Translations under genes and position numbers: made by a program
The notes under the pieces: model-generated
Databases searched by the model: none
Told to the model about the DNA's origin: nothing
Seen by the model: the letters and a program-made list of their open reading frames with translations, nothing else
NCBI RefSeq assembly: GCF_004010195.1
Contig: NW_025213867.1
Location: forward strand, 1-36,888
Direction: 5' to 3'
Length of the DNA: 36,888 nucleotides
Origin: Chiloscyllium plagiosum
Lineage: Eukaryota
In this document: in pieces, positions 9,478-21,981 of the stretch
Layout: the number at the start of each line of letters is the position of its first letter
Position numbering within the stretch: position 1 is the stretch's first letter

Positions 9478-11524
9478 TGAGTGTGCGTGCATATGAGTGT
9501 GGTGAGTGTGCGTGCGTATGAGTGTGGTGACTGTGCGTGTGAGAGAGGGAGAGTGTGAGAGAGAGAGAAAAACACACAGTGTTCATCAATGAAGCTTGAT
9601 TTGATGCTCACTCTTTCAGACGAACACACTCACGTGCATTCACACACGTATATACACACACTCTCACACTCTCTCACACAGACACACACATACACACACA
9701 CTCATACACATACTCTCTCGCTCACGTTTTCTGTCAGGGACTCTAACACAAACTACAGCGCATATACATTCACTTTCTCACATCCACACACTCAGTCTGT
9801 CATACATACTCTCTTCCTCTTCCCCTCCATCCCTCTATTTCCATTTACCTCACTCTATTTCTTTCTTCTTCCTACCCTCTCTCTTCATCCAACTTTCTCT
9901 GTCTGTCTGTCTCTCTCTCACTCCATCAGTATCCCTCTCTCGAATCATCACTCCATTCCCTCTTTCTATCTTCCTGTTTCCTTCTTTCCCTCTTTCAGTC
10001 CAAATATCTCTCCACCTTCCTACCTGCCTCCACCATCCACGCCATCTCTCCACTTTCCCCTCTGTCTCTCCCCCTTTGTCTCCATCTTTCTTTTTGTCTC
10101 CACCAACCTCTGTATTCTTCTACCTCTTTTCCTGGTTCCACCTATTCCTCTGTCCATCCACCTTCCTCCCTATCTTCCCACCTTGCGATCCTGGCGATCT
10201 CTCCACTGTCTCATGGGGCAGCATTTGCTGGTGAAAATTGCTGCGCTGTCTCCTTTTCCTTTGTCTCTGAGGGGAATGTCCTGGCTTTCCCAAGAGGAAA
10301 TTCTGGTCGGTGTGTAGGGATGCCCTCTCTGAGATTCGAAGCCATGTTTCCACTCTGACAGGTTTCCCCACATTCCCCACCATTCCCCCACCACTGCACT
10401 ACTGTCCAAACACTGTGTGGTTCAGTAATGTCAGTGGAAGCAAACTACAACGCTGTAAACTGAAACAGAGAGGTCCTGCCTCACACTGACACAATGTAAA
10501 CATCAGCGCAGTGTGAGGCAGCGTTAGCATGCCAACTGGGTCTTGGGAGAGAATGGGCAAGGAGTCAGGCAAGTAAGGTTCCAGCTGGGCTGTGGTACCA
10601 GTTCCGTGGAGTGGTCTAGGTAGTGTGCTAGCTCCATGGGGGAGTGTAGGGTGTCAGGAAATAGGGTGCCAGCTTATTGGGAGGGGAGAGAGAAGGTTGG
10701 ATACTTGAGTGATCAGGTGCCTAGTCGGTAGACGCCTACAAGTCATGGGTCTAGGCAGCCAGCTGGGTAACTGAGCCATATGGGTAGCGGCAGCAAGTGG
10801 AAAATGAGTGTGGCTTGACCAGTGTGGAAGAAGGAGGGCAAGAAATTGATGCGGTGGTTGGGGAAATGATGGTGGGGAGTGGGAGGATTGTAGGGGTGGC
10901 AGCGAGGCAAAGAGGGGTGATAGAAATGGCAGGGGACAGAGAACGGGAGGGTCGCACAGGGTCGAGAAGTTGACATCTTTCCTGGTCTTCCCTTCAAAGT
11001 GAGCTACAATGGGGATTCCTCAGGACTCCCACGTGTACAACCCCCACCTGAACTGGAATAATGACTGTTCAGTTAGTTATCGAGAAATCCAGGCTTTTCG
11101 CTGTCGGTCTGTCTCAATTGTCCCACCAATCACTCCAATCCACATGCCAAGCCTGCATCTTTCACTCTAATTCTCCATCATCAATGTTCTACCTCTCCGG
11201 CCATCTTTCCATTCATCTTGTCAACACATCCATCTTCCCATTAGTCCCTTTACCTGTCTATCCATCCTTCTGCCTTTCCGTCCCTCTCTTTGCCATTCTA
11301 ACCCTCCCTCTATCCTTCATTGTGCTAACTATTCTCACGACCACCTGTCTCCCCATAGGACTGTATGAATCCCCAAAATAATCCCACTGCCTTGCTCTCT
11401 CCCCATATCCCTGTATCGAACCCATACCCAAACCCATACAAGGGGAAAGTGTTTTGGAGATAGGTCCAAGTGAGGCTTTTGAGGGTGAACTCGAGAACTC
11501 TGAAAATGGATGTCACACCAAGTT

Positions 11525-11960
11525 TACACAGAAACTAGGATCAGGAGTAGATCATCCAGCCCTTTGAGGCCTTTGCGATTCAATTCTATCATGGCTGGTC
11601 ATCTATCTCAGTCCACTGTTCACACTTACCCCCCACCCTCCAACCCCAAACATTTGATTCCAGTCGTCCTGAGAGTGATATCTAACTCCTTCTTGAACAC
11701 ATCCAATATTTTTCATCTTGAACACTTTCGATAGCAGAGAATTCCACAGGCTCCCCACTCTGTGGGTGAAGACATTTCTCCCCATCTCAGTCCTAATCTG
11801 TGACAGTGACCCTGCCCCGCACCCTGATTTGTGGACTCCCCGAACTGGGGAAACATCCTCCCAGCATTGCATTTGCCTACCCCCTGTTCGAAATGGATAT
11901 GCATCAATCTTCTTAACTCAAGCGAATATGGGATTGCTCCATATCCTGCAGCTATAATGG
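11525..11960 (-). mobile_element. CR1 LINE 3' fragment
   Basis: Minus peptide RTEMGRNVFTHRVGSLWNSL plus CR1-type tail. Confidence 0.8.
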
Positions 11961-12139
11961 AAAGAATCACAAAGTAGATCTCCAACCCAGAAGGCTAGCA
12001 GGGTTTGGGTGGGACTGAGTGGTCTCCTCCCACCCTTTAATGACTCTGTTGGTCCTCTGCCTGCTCTGTCACTGATCAGCAGAAATGTAGCCAGACAATG
12101 GGAAACAAGGAGTGGAGGCTCCCCTCCTGCTCTCTCTCT

Positions 12140-13030
12140 CTCACAAGTACACACACTCGCACACACACTCTCACACACACACTCTTGCACATTGACAAAC
12201 ACACACACACAAATACACACAGTCACTCCCACACACACACTGTAACACAGAAACACTCACACACGCACTTTCACACACACACTCTTGCACGCACACTGAC
12301 ACACATACACACACACACATACACTCAAACACACACACACTGTTTCACACACATTCTCACACAGACACTCTTGCACACACACACACTAACACAGTCACAC
12401 ACACAGTCAAAGAGACACTCTCGGATACACACACACTTTCACACATGCACTCTTGCACACACACTTGCACACACACTCACACTTACACTGACAAACACAC
12501 ACACTGACACACACTGACACCCACACACACATCCACTCTCACACAACTCTTCCATACTCACATACTGACGCACAAACTCTTGTACACACAGACTGACACA
12601 TAGATACACACACACACACACACACACACACAACCACACAGCCACTCCCATACACACACAATGACATTTTCTGGCACACACTCTTCCACACACACTGACA
12701 AACAGACATACACACATACACACATTCACACAGAGATGCATGCGCATGCACAGACACACAAACACACACATGCACACACATACACACACACATTGACACA
12801 CAGACCACATACATGAACACACACATATGCACATACACCCAGGGGTGTGTGAAAGTGCGTGTATGAGTGTTTCTATGTTCCAGTATGTATGTGGTTGAGA
12901 CTGCGTGTGCATTAGTGTGTGTGTGTGCAAGAGTGTATGTGGCAGTGTGTCTGTGTGTGAATGTGTTTGTCAGTGTGTGTGTGTGCGAGAGTGTGTATGC
13001 GTGTGAGTGTGAATGAGCGTGTGTGTGTGT
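12140..13030. repeat. Degenerate (CA)n tract followed by (TG)n tract
   Basis: CA-rich to ~12838, TG-rich 12845-13030. Confidence 0.95.
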
Positions 13031-13529
13031 CTGAAAAGTGAGCATCAAATCCAAACCTCATTGATGAAGTAGAGGGTGGTGATATTGTGTGTTTTTTCAC
13101 ACACATACACACACACCAGAGAGAACAATTCGTTCCCAGAGAATTGGGATCTCCTATCAGTGGACAGACCTTACATTGTGAGGGACAATGTTCAGTGATG
13201 GAATTCTGTCTGCAAAGGTTGGGCAAACTGTCTGAGTAACTCCATCACTATCGAACAGGATCAACACACAATGATTTTCACTGTTTCGACCTACAGATGA
13301 CTTTTATAAGTGCTCTTCACCAGGAGCTTCAGCAATCCTGCCTGTTTGGGAACAGTGAGAATTTCCACTCAGAATAGAGAGAGAGAGTGAGGGAAGTGGA
13401 TTTTCTGCATATTCCTGGACAGGATCCGAGCTCTGCCCCCTACAAATATACACACTTTAAGTGAACCGAGCCCCTTCTGCTCTACCTTTCACAGAATGAA
13501 GAACAGACATGTGACACAGGAATTGGGGG

Positions 13530-13720
13530 AGTGCTACTCTTTCGAAGGGTCAGTGCTGAGGGAGTGAACCTTATCAGAGGGTCAGTGCTGAGGGAGTGCC
13601 ACACTGTCAGAAGGTCAGTGTTGAGCGAGCTCTGAACTGCCAAAGGGTCAGTGCCGAGGGAATACCGCTCTGTTGGAGGGTCAGTGCTGAGGGAATGCCG
13701 CAGTGTCAGTGGGTCATTGC
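13530..13720. repeat. 33-bp minisatellite, ~6 units, DeuSINE/SacSINE1-like core
   Basis: gtcagtg recurs at 13549, 13581, 13614, 13647 and 13680, with gtcattg at 13713. Confidence 0.8.
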
Positions 13721-14289
13721 TGCTCTGTTTTTGCAGTTATGGGAGTGGTCATCGGTGATGGGAAATTATGAGATTTCCACACAGCTCCACCAGTGCAGAT
13801 GCTGGCCCTGAGGTTTGGGGCGGAGGAAGTAGTTGAGAAATCTCAGAAGAGGAGGAGGAGAGCAGGGACCAGTTCTGCGGGGAGCTGCTTTCAGACACAT
13901 CAATAACCTCAGGCCAGTGATGAAGCAATGAATGAGTAAACATGGGCATTCGACACACAGAGAAACCACCAAAACTCGAATGCCAACCCCCAGTTTCATG
14001 GCAACGGACAGTGTGTAACCAGCTGCTGGAAGCCAGCCACAATTGGCAGGAAATGCTGGAGAGGGAGCTAGTGTGTGGCCAGTGACTCGCTCGGTCTCTC
14101 TCTCTCACTCATCATATCACTGAGTCACAGGAAGGTATCCTCCAGCTCCACGCAATCTGGAAATATGAACACCGGGTAAGTGCACCCAGGAGCAGGTCAT
14201 GGCTGTGATTCCAGCCTCAGGGCATAACACTCCAGACAATTCCAACATTTCTCATGTTCCTGAGTCAGATCAAGAGGCTGGGAGCAGGA

Positions 14290-15415
14290 AAGGGGAAGAT
14301 AGTGGAGACTGGTTAGACAGGGGAAGACTGACACAAAGAGAAAGGTAGATAGATGAAGAGAGACAGGGAGAACAAGAGTAAGGCAGAGACATGAAGAGAG
14401 CGACAGTGAGAGAGAACAAGAAAGCGGTGCAGGAGCGAGGGAGAAAGAGAGAAAGGGGGGAGAGAGAAGTATAGACAGAGATCGGGAGGAAAAGAGTGAG
14501 ACAGACAGAGAGAAAGAGAACTGTAGATGGAGGGATAGAGAGAGTGAAAGACAGGTAGACTTGCATAGAAAGAGGCAAACAAGGAAAGGTAGAGAGAGAG
14601 AATGGGAGAGAGAAAGTAGAATGATAGAATGTGAGAAAGAGAGATAGAAAGACCCAGTGAGAGTGTGAGAAAGAGAAAGAGGGACAGATAGGTGTGAATA
14701 TAGACAGATGTAGATAGAAAGAGACAGAGAAATACTGCCAGACAGATAAACAGAGACAGTGAGAGAATGACAGGGTGAAAGAGGAAAAGACAGAGAAACA
14801 GGGAGAGGTGTAGATAGAGAAGACAGAGAGAAAGAGAAAAAGTGACAAGTTACTGCAGATGCTGGAATCTGTACTGAAAACAGCAAATGCTGGAGGTCAG
14901 AGTGAGTCAGACAACATCATGGAGAGAGAGCAAGCTAATGTATCTTGTCTTTCTGGATTCAAAATGTTAGCTTGCTGCTTTTCCATGGATACTGTCTGAC
15001 CTACTGTGATCTCCAGCATTTGTTGTTTTTCAGAGAGATAGAAAGGTGTAGATGCATAGAAAGAGCTGTGGAATGAAAGAGAGACCAAGAGGAGAGATAT
15101 TGTCAGGTACTCAGACTGTAATTTTATGAGAAAGACTGAGCTAGAGAAAGTCAGAGCTAGAGAAAGAGAGAAAGACAGTGTGTGCGAGAGAGAGAGAGCA
15201 AGACAGACAGACAGATAGAGAAGGTGTTAACACAGGGAGAGAGAAAAAATGGGAACGAGACAAACAGACAGTGTCAGAGGGGTGAAAGAAACAGAGAGAG
15301 AGAGAGGTGTAGGTAAAGAGGTGTAAATAGATAGGTGTAGTCAGAGACAAAGAGTGAGGTGCATGGAGAGTGCGAGGGTGAGGTGCAGATCAAGAGAGAG
15401 AGTTGCAGAGAGAGA
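14290..15415. repeat. GA-rich low-complexity tract interrupted by a palindromic Penelope-derived element (14845-15035)
   Basis: Arms ctgaaaacagcaaatgctggag / ctccagcatttgttgttttcag. Confidence 0.8.
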
Positions 15416-16480
15416 AAGTCTAACCTTGGTTGTTGAGCAACTATTGGAAGGAATTCTGAGGGACAGAATTAATTTTCATTTGGAGAGACGTGGGGGAATC
15501 TTGAACAGTCAGTATGGTTTGGTTAAGGGGCAGTCATGTTGGAACAACGTGGTTGAAGCTTTTGATGAGGTGACTGGGTGTGTGGGTGAAGGTCGTGTTT
15601 TTTAATAGAACTTCAGCAAGGTTGTGGGTCAGGTCCCACATTGGAGACTGATACAAAAGGTAAGGGAGCATAGATCCAAGGAAATTTGGAGAATTGAATC
15701 CACAATTGACTGTGAAGTAGGAGACAGGGATTGATGGTTGAGGTGCGTTTTTCTTTCCATCTGAAAGTCTGCATCCAGTGGGATTCAAAATAGACAGGCA
15801 GGAGGCTGGAAGGACACAGCAAGTGAGGCAGGATCAGGAGGTGGAGAAGTCAACGTTTTGGGTATAACCTATTTTACAGGGATCAGTGCCCTGTTATTTG
15901 TGGATGTTATAAAATGAGTTAGACTGGAATATAGGTGGAATGGTCAGCAAGTTCACAAAGTACAGAATTAGCAGATAGGCAAAGAGTGAGGCAGATCACC
16001 TTAGATTACCGGAGGATAGAGATGGCCTGGTGGGAAAGGCTATGAGTGGCAAATGGATACATGTGAGCTGATGTCCTTAGACAGGATAAATAAGGCAGAA
16101 AAATACATGACGAACAGTAGGATGCTGGGAAGTACCAAAAATCAGCTGGACATTGGTTTGTATGCCTGCCAGTCCCTTAAGGTTTCAGGACAGGTGAGTA
16201 AAGTGGTTAGAAATGCATAGAGTTCAAGAGCAGGGACATGAAGCTCGAGAATATTGGTCAGGCCACAGCTGGAGTATTGTGTACAATTCTGGAATCCACT
16301 TTACGGGAAGGATGTAATAACACTGGAGAGGGTGCAGGAGAGATTCACCAGAATGTTGCCTGGACTGGGAGTTTCAGCTCTGTCGAGAGATTAAACAGCC
16401 TGGAGTTATTTTCTTTGGTGCAGAGGAGACAGAGGGAGGAAGTAATTGAGGTGTATCGAATGATCAGTGAGGCTGGAGTC
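15415..16480 (+). mobile_element. Old, degenerate CR1 LINE RT region (small Penelope fragment at ~15800-15870)
   Basis: SLTLVVEQLLEGILRDRI...[19 protein letters not shown] segment near 16270. Confidence 0.85.
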
Positions 16481-17369
16481 TGACTGAATCACTCCTGAGT
16501 CCCTTTAGGATCACTCCTAAATTTCACAATCCTGGAGGGTTGTGGGTCAGTCCCGCAGTGAGACAGCACATCCTCCTTTCCTCTTCTGCCTGGCCACAGA
16601 TGCACACACGAGAAAACCCATACAAAAAAAAAACACACGCGTGCACACACACACTGCAGATGCAAACTACAAAAGACACATTCACACCTATTGAAAACAA
16701 ACACACGCCAACACATACACACTCACTGAAAGCAATCACACACTAAGACAGACACACACACAATCTCTCTCTCTGACACACACACACACACACAAAACTA
16801 CACAGGTGAAAGCATGGTCTGGGGATGGGCATAGTGTTTGGGAAAGAGGGTGGTGTGTGTGTATGTGTATGGTGTGTGGTGGGAGGAGGATGAAAGATGT
16901 TGGGGTACTAACTACAAGCAAAACAGCTGTCCTAGGCCTGGGGCCTACGTAACACCTCAGAAATGTTGCGATGCCAGCGAGTAAATATCATCCACAACAT
17001 TAACAAAATAAAGGCTTTATTGTCAGTCCAAAAAATATTAACAACCAGAACTCAGTTCAGTTAAATCATTAAAGGGCAGTGACAATGATTACAAATGAAT
17101 TTGATGAAGGGCCAGCAAACAGAAAATAAACATTGGTCAATAGTTGGTTAGTTTACCCCCCTTCCTCAGTGGGTGTGCTGTCACATGGTAGGTCTAGCTG
17201 GTTGACTGCAACCTGCATCATTACCAGCTAGATCCCACATGCAACACCAGGCCTGGAAGGAAGCCTGGGCCTTTCCTGCTCATTGGGTGTTTGTGGATAG
17301 AGGAAATGCACAATTTCAATATCCCTCTGGCCCTCACTGTGTCCTCCTCTGGGTTTCTTAATGAGCGAT

Positions 17370-17700
17370 CTCAATCTGTGTTTTGTCTCTGCAAACCTCT
17401 CCAATCCCTTCACCCCCTCTCTGTCTCTAACTTCCTCCTGACCCCACAACCCTTCCCTTACTCTGTAACATCCTCCTGTCCCTATACACCTCCCTATCTC
17501 TGTAACCTCCTCCAGCCCCTACACCACCTTACTTCTGTAACCTCCTGTGCTTAAACTCCCTCCCTATCACTGTAAGTCCCGACAGCCCACACATTCTTCC
17601 CTATCTCCCTGCTCTGGGGACACTCCGATATCTATAAATTCCTCCATTTCTAGCCTGCTGGACTAACCCTTAGTGCCCTTCACTCCTCCATGGTAGTTGT
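17370..17700. repeat. Second copy of the ~37-bp L2-derived minisatellite
   Basis: ccctatctctgtaacctcctccagcccctacacc units. Confidence 0.7.
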
Positions 17701-17859
17701 TGGGGTGTGTTGAAGCTGGGGAATATTCTGACTCTGGGACTTGCTCCCCTTCTCTTTTGTCTTTCACGACTTGGCCTTCTGTTCCTGATGCATGGACCCA
17801 GCTCTCCGAGGCTGAGGGGCAGGGCTCAGGGCTCTCGCTACCCATCATCCCAGAAGCCC

Positions 17860-18470
17860 ACCCCTTTCCCAAACCCGACTCCCTTCCCCAAGCCCTGCTC
17901 AACATTCAGTTTCCACTCACATTTGCAGAATACCTCCAGTCCGTGCACAAGCATGATTTTTTAACACAGCGACCTGCTTGCATGCCCACTTGTTTGTCCT
18001 CAGTATGCTATCACACTCCGGCGAATCACAGCACAAACTCTGTGGTTTGCAAATCACAGAATAATATCTCATCTTCGAACATGGCAGGATTAAAACCTTC
18101 TGGGCTCAATGCTGAGTTCAACACCTTCAAATTGTGGACCCATTCCATCCCTTTCTTTCAGCTTTGCTCGTTCCATTCTCTGCTACCCCTCTCAACCCTT
18201 CCCCAACAACCATTGTGACTGTCTGCTCTCTCCAGTTTGGCAGGACAACACACAGTTGTTCTATAATCCTTACAGTCCGATCACTTAATCTGAACTATCT
18301 ACACCCTTTCTTCCCCCAGCACTCCAACAACCCCCTCCCAATTAATGCATAAATGCTGCCCCTCCACCCTTCAATTCAGCGTTGATGAAAAGTTATGTAG
18401 ACTTGAAACGTGAGCTGGCTCTCACCTCCATGGATGCTGCCCCAGACCCACTGTTGTCTCCAGGATTTTA
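17860..18470 (+). mobile_element. Decayed Penelope-like element 3' end (GIY-YIG C-terminus and pLTR)
   Basis: LKPSGLNAEFN motif. Degenerate hammerhead-like core ttgatgaaaagt...acttgaaacgt at ~18382-18412. Confidence 0.65.
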
Positions 18471-18479
18471 AGTTGTAAG

Positions 18480-19080
18480 GACCCATTGGACAGACCCTAC
18501 GCCTCAAACCCCGCCTCCAATCGGTATGTCCCGCCCATTATTCATCATACCCCGCCCCCAGTCACAAGAAGCCGCCCATCACTCTCCAAACCCCACCTCT
18601 AAACACAATAGCCGGCCCACCACACCCCCCGCCCCCACCCAAACTTCTCGCCGTGCCCAGCACACCGGAAACACCGCCCCCCAACTCAAAACCGCGACCG
18701 TCACTCTAAACCCCGCCCACAACTACACGCTGCCAGTTTCTCCAAGCCCCGCCCATCATTGGCCGAATCTCCCAAGCACGGCCCCTTTGTTCCCCTCGCC
18801 CCAACCAATGAGGGTCCCGTCTCCTGATCCCCTACATTTCTCCCGCACAGTCCCTCCTAAATCCGGGTCACCGCAGTCGGAACCTGACGGAAGTCTTTTT
18901 AAAAAAAACAGCCCTCTCCCACAATCCCCCTCGGCTCCGCTGCCCCCCTGCACCTCCCCTTGAAACGCCGTCACGTCGCACCCGTGAGGATTGTCCAATC
19001 GCCGACGTTTTCGCCTGTTGCTGGGTCAAGATCGGTCAATCCGTCAGCATCTGGGGGCTTGCCCCATCCGCCTCACCTGG
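18480..19080. promoter_or_regulatory. CpG-rich, TATA-less housekeeping-type promoter (multiple GC boxes, CCAAT boxes, ETS site); probably drives a + strand gene divergent from the cytokine
   Basis: At least six CCGCCC boxes 18509-18755; CCAAT/ATTGG near 18518, 18758, 18805 and 18995; CGGAAGT at 18888-18894; the most CpG-dense unique stretch of the window; possible donor ccc|gtgagg at 18984. Confidence 0.7.
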
Positions 19081-19149
19081 AACAGACCAGAAGACAAGGG
19101 AGCAGAAGTGAGGCCATTCAGCCCATTGAGTCTGTTTCTTCATTCGATC

Positions 19150-19895
19150 AAGGCAGCATCAGGAGGTTGAGAAGTTGATGTTTCGTGTGTGACCCTTCTT
19201 CGGGACTGGTGTTAAGGGGGCTGCAGATAAACGGGACGGCAGGGGCAAAGGGGTGAAGTGGGCATAGGGGAAGGCTGGCAAAAGTGAGGACTGCAGATGC
19301 TGGAAACCAGAGTTTAGATCAGAGTGGTGCTGGAAAAACACAGCAGGTCCGGCAGCATCGACGTTTCGGGCAAAAGCCCTTCAGTGAAGGCAGGTCGAGG
19401 GTACAAACTGCTTGGTCAATGGGAGGAATTCATCCGGTTGGTGGCAGGGAGCAGTGGAAGGGAATGGGAGGGGCTGGGAGTAGCTTTTGGAGATGGGAAG
19501 GGAGGTTATTTGAAATTGGAGAACTGAATATTGTGTGTGTGGTGCTGGAAAAACACAGCAGGTTAGGCAGCATTGGAGGAGGAGAGTTGACACTTCGGGC
19601 ATAAGCACTTCATCCAGAATGGGGTGGGGTGGGGATGGACAAGGGGGCTGTGATAAATGGGAGGGGGATGGGGCTGGGACTGAGGTAGGTTTGAAGGCAA
19701 TAGGCAAATGAAAGTGGGGATGATGGTGATAGGTAACAGCAGGGGGTGGAGTGGATAGGTGAAAAGGAAGATGGACAGGTAGCGCAGTTCAAGAGGGTGG
19801 TGCTGAATTGGAGTGTTTTATCTGGGCTAACGTGGGGGGAAGGGAGTTAAGGATACTGGTGAAATCAACATTGATGCCGTGTGGTTGGAGGATCC
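19150..19895 (-). mobile_element. Cluster of Penelope pLTR fragments
   Basis: Repeated gtgctggaaaaacacagcagg...gtttcgggc...cccttc motifs; aacattgatgccgtgtggttggagg is the reverse of the LQPHGINV motif. Confidence 0.75.
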
Positions 19896-19994
19896 TAACA
19901 TCCTGTACAACCTGAACATAACGTCCCAACCCCTGTGCCCAAAAGACTGAGCAATGAAGCCAGTGTGTGCCAACCGCCTTGTTAACCATCCTGT

Positions 19995-20520
19995 TTTGGT
20001 CACCTTGCTATCAGAAGGCTGTTATTAAATCGATAGGGTGCAGAAGAAATTTACAATGATTTTGCATAGACATTAGACAAGCGAGGACTTTTTTCTTTAG
20101 AGCGGAGGAGACTAAGGGGTGATCTAATAGAAGTGCGTAAGGTCATGAGAGGCATGGAGAGGGTGAATGCACTCAGTCTTTTTCCCAGGGTTGACAAATT
20201 GAGGACTTCAAAGTTTGTGAGAAGACTAGAGGGCATCAGTTTAAGGTTAGAGGGAAATGAATCAAAGGGTACCTGAGGGGCAATTTCTTTTACACAGAGG
20301 GTGGTATGTGTATGCAATGAGCTGCCAGTGGAAGTGGTTGAGGTGGGTACATCAACAACATTTAAAAGGCATTTGGACAAACACATGGGGAGGAAAGGAT
20401 TAGAAAGATACGGGCCAACTGCAGGGAAATGGGGTTAGCGTGGATGGACATTTTAGTTGGCATGTACCAGTTTGGGCTGAAGGGCCTGTCTCCATGCTGT
20501 AGGCCTCTATGATTCTATGT
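19995..20520 (+). mobile_element. CR1 LINE 3' end
   Basis: RRRLRGDLIEV motif; tail gggcctgtctccatgctgtaggcctctatgattctatg. Confidence 0.88.
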
Positions 20521-20569
20521 AGGATACAAACTTTAAAGATTAATGTACCGGACACCCTAGATCCCTTTG

Positions 20570-21220
20570 TTCCGTAGCACCAGCCACTCCCTCCACCACT
20601 GGTGTTCAGAAGCAGCAGTGGGTCCTATCTACAAGATAGTCACTAAAGACCCTCAAACAGCACTTCCAAGGATAAGGGTAGCAGATACATGGGAAGCCCA
20701 CCCCCTGCAAGTTCCCCTCCAAGCAACTTACCGTCCTGGAAATGTATCAGCCATTCCTTCAGTGTCTCTGGGTTAAATTCCCACCCTAAGAGCATTGTAG
20801 GTTAACCTATAGCATATGGACTGCAGCGGTTCAAGAAGGCAGCTCACCCCACATTCTCAAGGGCAACTAGGAATGGGTAATTTATTATTGCTGGGCCTGC
20901 CATGCCCATGAACCATGAGAGAATAGAAAAGATCGAGGCTAAGAGGCATCAGATTTAAAAGAATGACAAGGAGGAATTATTCCCTCAACTGGTTTTGAAA
21001 CAATGGAATTAATTTTCCATGGTGTGGTGAATGACAGAACATTGAATAAATGGAAAGGATGACAGTGATAGATTTTTAATTTGTAACTGGTTGAAGGGTT
21101 ATGATGGACAGGCAGAAAAGGGGAGTTAAGGCCGAGAATGAGATCAGCTATGGTCATATTAAATGGTGGATTTAGCTAGAGAGGTTGAATTGCCCACTCC
21201 TTCATCTCATGTTCCTACAG
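20570..21220 (+). mobile_element. 3' fragments of two LINEs (CR1/L2-clade 20570-20910; CR1 tail 20935-21220)
   Basis: HSLHHWCSEAAV peptide matches the family at 31520-32220; tail gatcagctatggtcatattaaatgg. Confidence 0.7.
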
Positions 21221-21301
21221 TCGTATGTAGGTGAGATTCCTTCAGTAATTGCATTAGAGATTGCCACGCGGAGAGAAGGGAGATGGAGATCTCTTCCCTA
21301 A

Positions 21302-21618
21302 TTAGATTAGATTACTTAGTGTGGAAGCAGGCCCTTCGGCCCAACAACTCCACACCGACCCTCTGAAGCACAACCCACCCAGACCCATTCCCCTACATTT
21401 ACCCCTTCACCTAACACTATGGGGAATTTAGTATGGCCAATTTGCCTAACCTGCACATTTTTGGACTGTGGGAGGAAACGGGAGCACCCGGAGGAAACCC
21501 ACGCAGACACGGGGAGAATGTGCAAACTCCACATAGTCAGTCGCCTGAGGTGGGAATTGAACCCGGGTTGCTGGCGCTGTGAGGCAGCAGTGGTAACCAC
21601 TGAGCCACCGTGCTGCCC
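21302..21618 (-). mobile_element. HE1-type SINE, near full length
   Basis: Head gggcagcacggtggctcagtggtta, B box gggttcaattcc, (aatct)n tail. Confidence 0.93.
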
Positions 21619-21659
21619 TATTGACAAAGGTTAATCCTGTGTTATGCCTGGAAAGGTCA

Positions 21660-21880
21660 TTATGCAGAGGGTAGTGGGTACCTGAAATGTGTTGCCAGTG
21701 GAGATGGTAGAGACGGGAACGGTAGCGTCATTTAAGATGTATCTAGATAGATTCATGAATGGACAGGTAGCAGAGCCATACAGATCTTTGGTAAACAGGC
21801 GACAGGTTTAGATAGAGGATCTGGATTGGCGCAGGCTTGGAGGGCTGAAGGGCCTGTTCCTATGTGGTACTTTTCTTTGT
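21660..21880 (+). mobile_element. CR1 3' tail fragment
   Basis: cagagggtagtgggtacctg...ggagggctgaagggcctgttcc. Confidence 0.75.
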
Positions 21881-21981
21881 TGCCCAGTCCCTGAGGAAGC
21901 TAAGATCCAGCAGCTGAGAGCTGCCTGGATGAGCCGTGAGTTGTGAAGGAATGATCTAGGTACTCAAAAAGGCACTGTAAA

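Noticed and set aside
10211..10345. MASNLREG... ORF with good Kozak context
   Set aside because: Stops before the nearby donor; no recognisable similarity.
10495..10504. TGTAAACATC resembling the miR-30 5' end
   Set aside because: It sits in the hairpin loop and the following bases do not match miR-30.
12009..13054. His/Thr- and Cys/Val-rich ORFs
   Set aside because: Translations of CA/TG microsatellite.
16963..17230. Possible second LTR fragment (starts tgttgcgatg, has a minus-strand AATAAA)
   Set aside because: No matching CA end with a TSD found; too weak to call.
21540..21618. tRNA gene-like A/B boxes (also ~9410-9477 and ~35900-35976)
   Set aside because: Heads of HE1-type SINEs, continuous with SINE core and tail.
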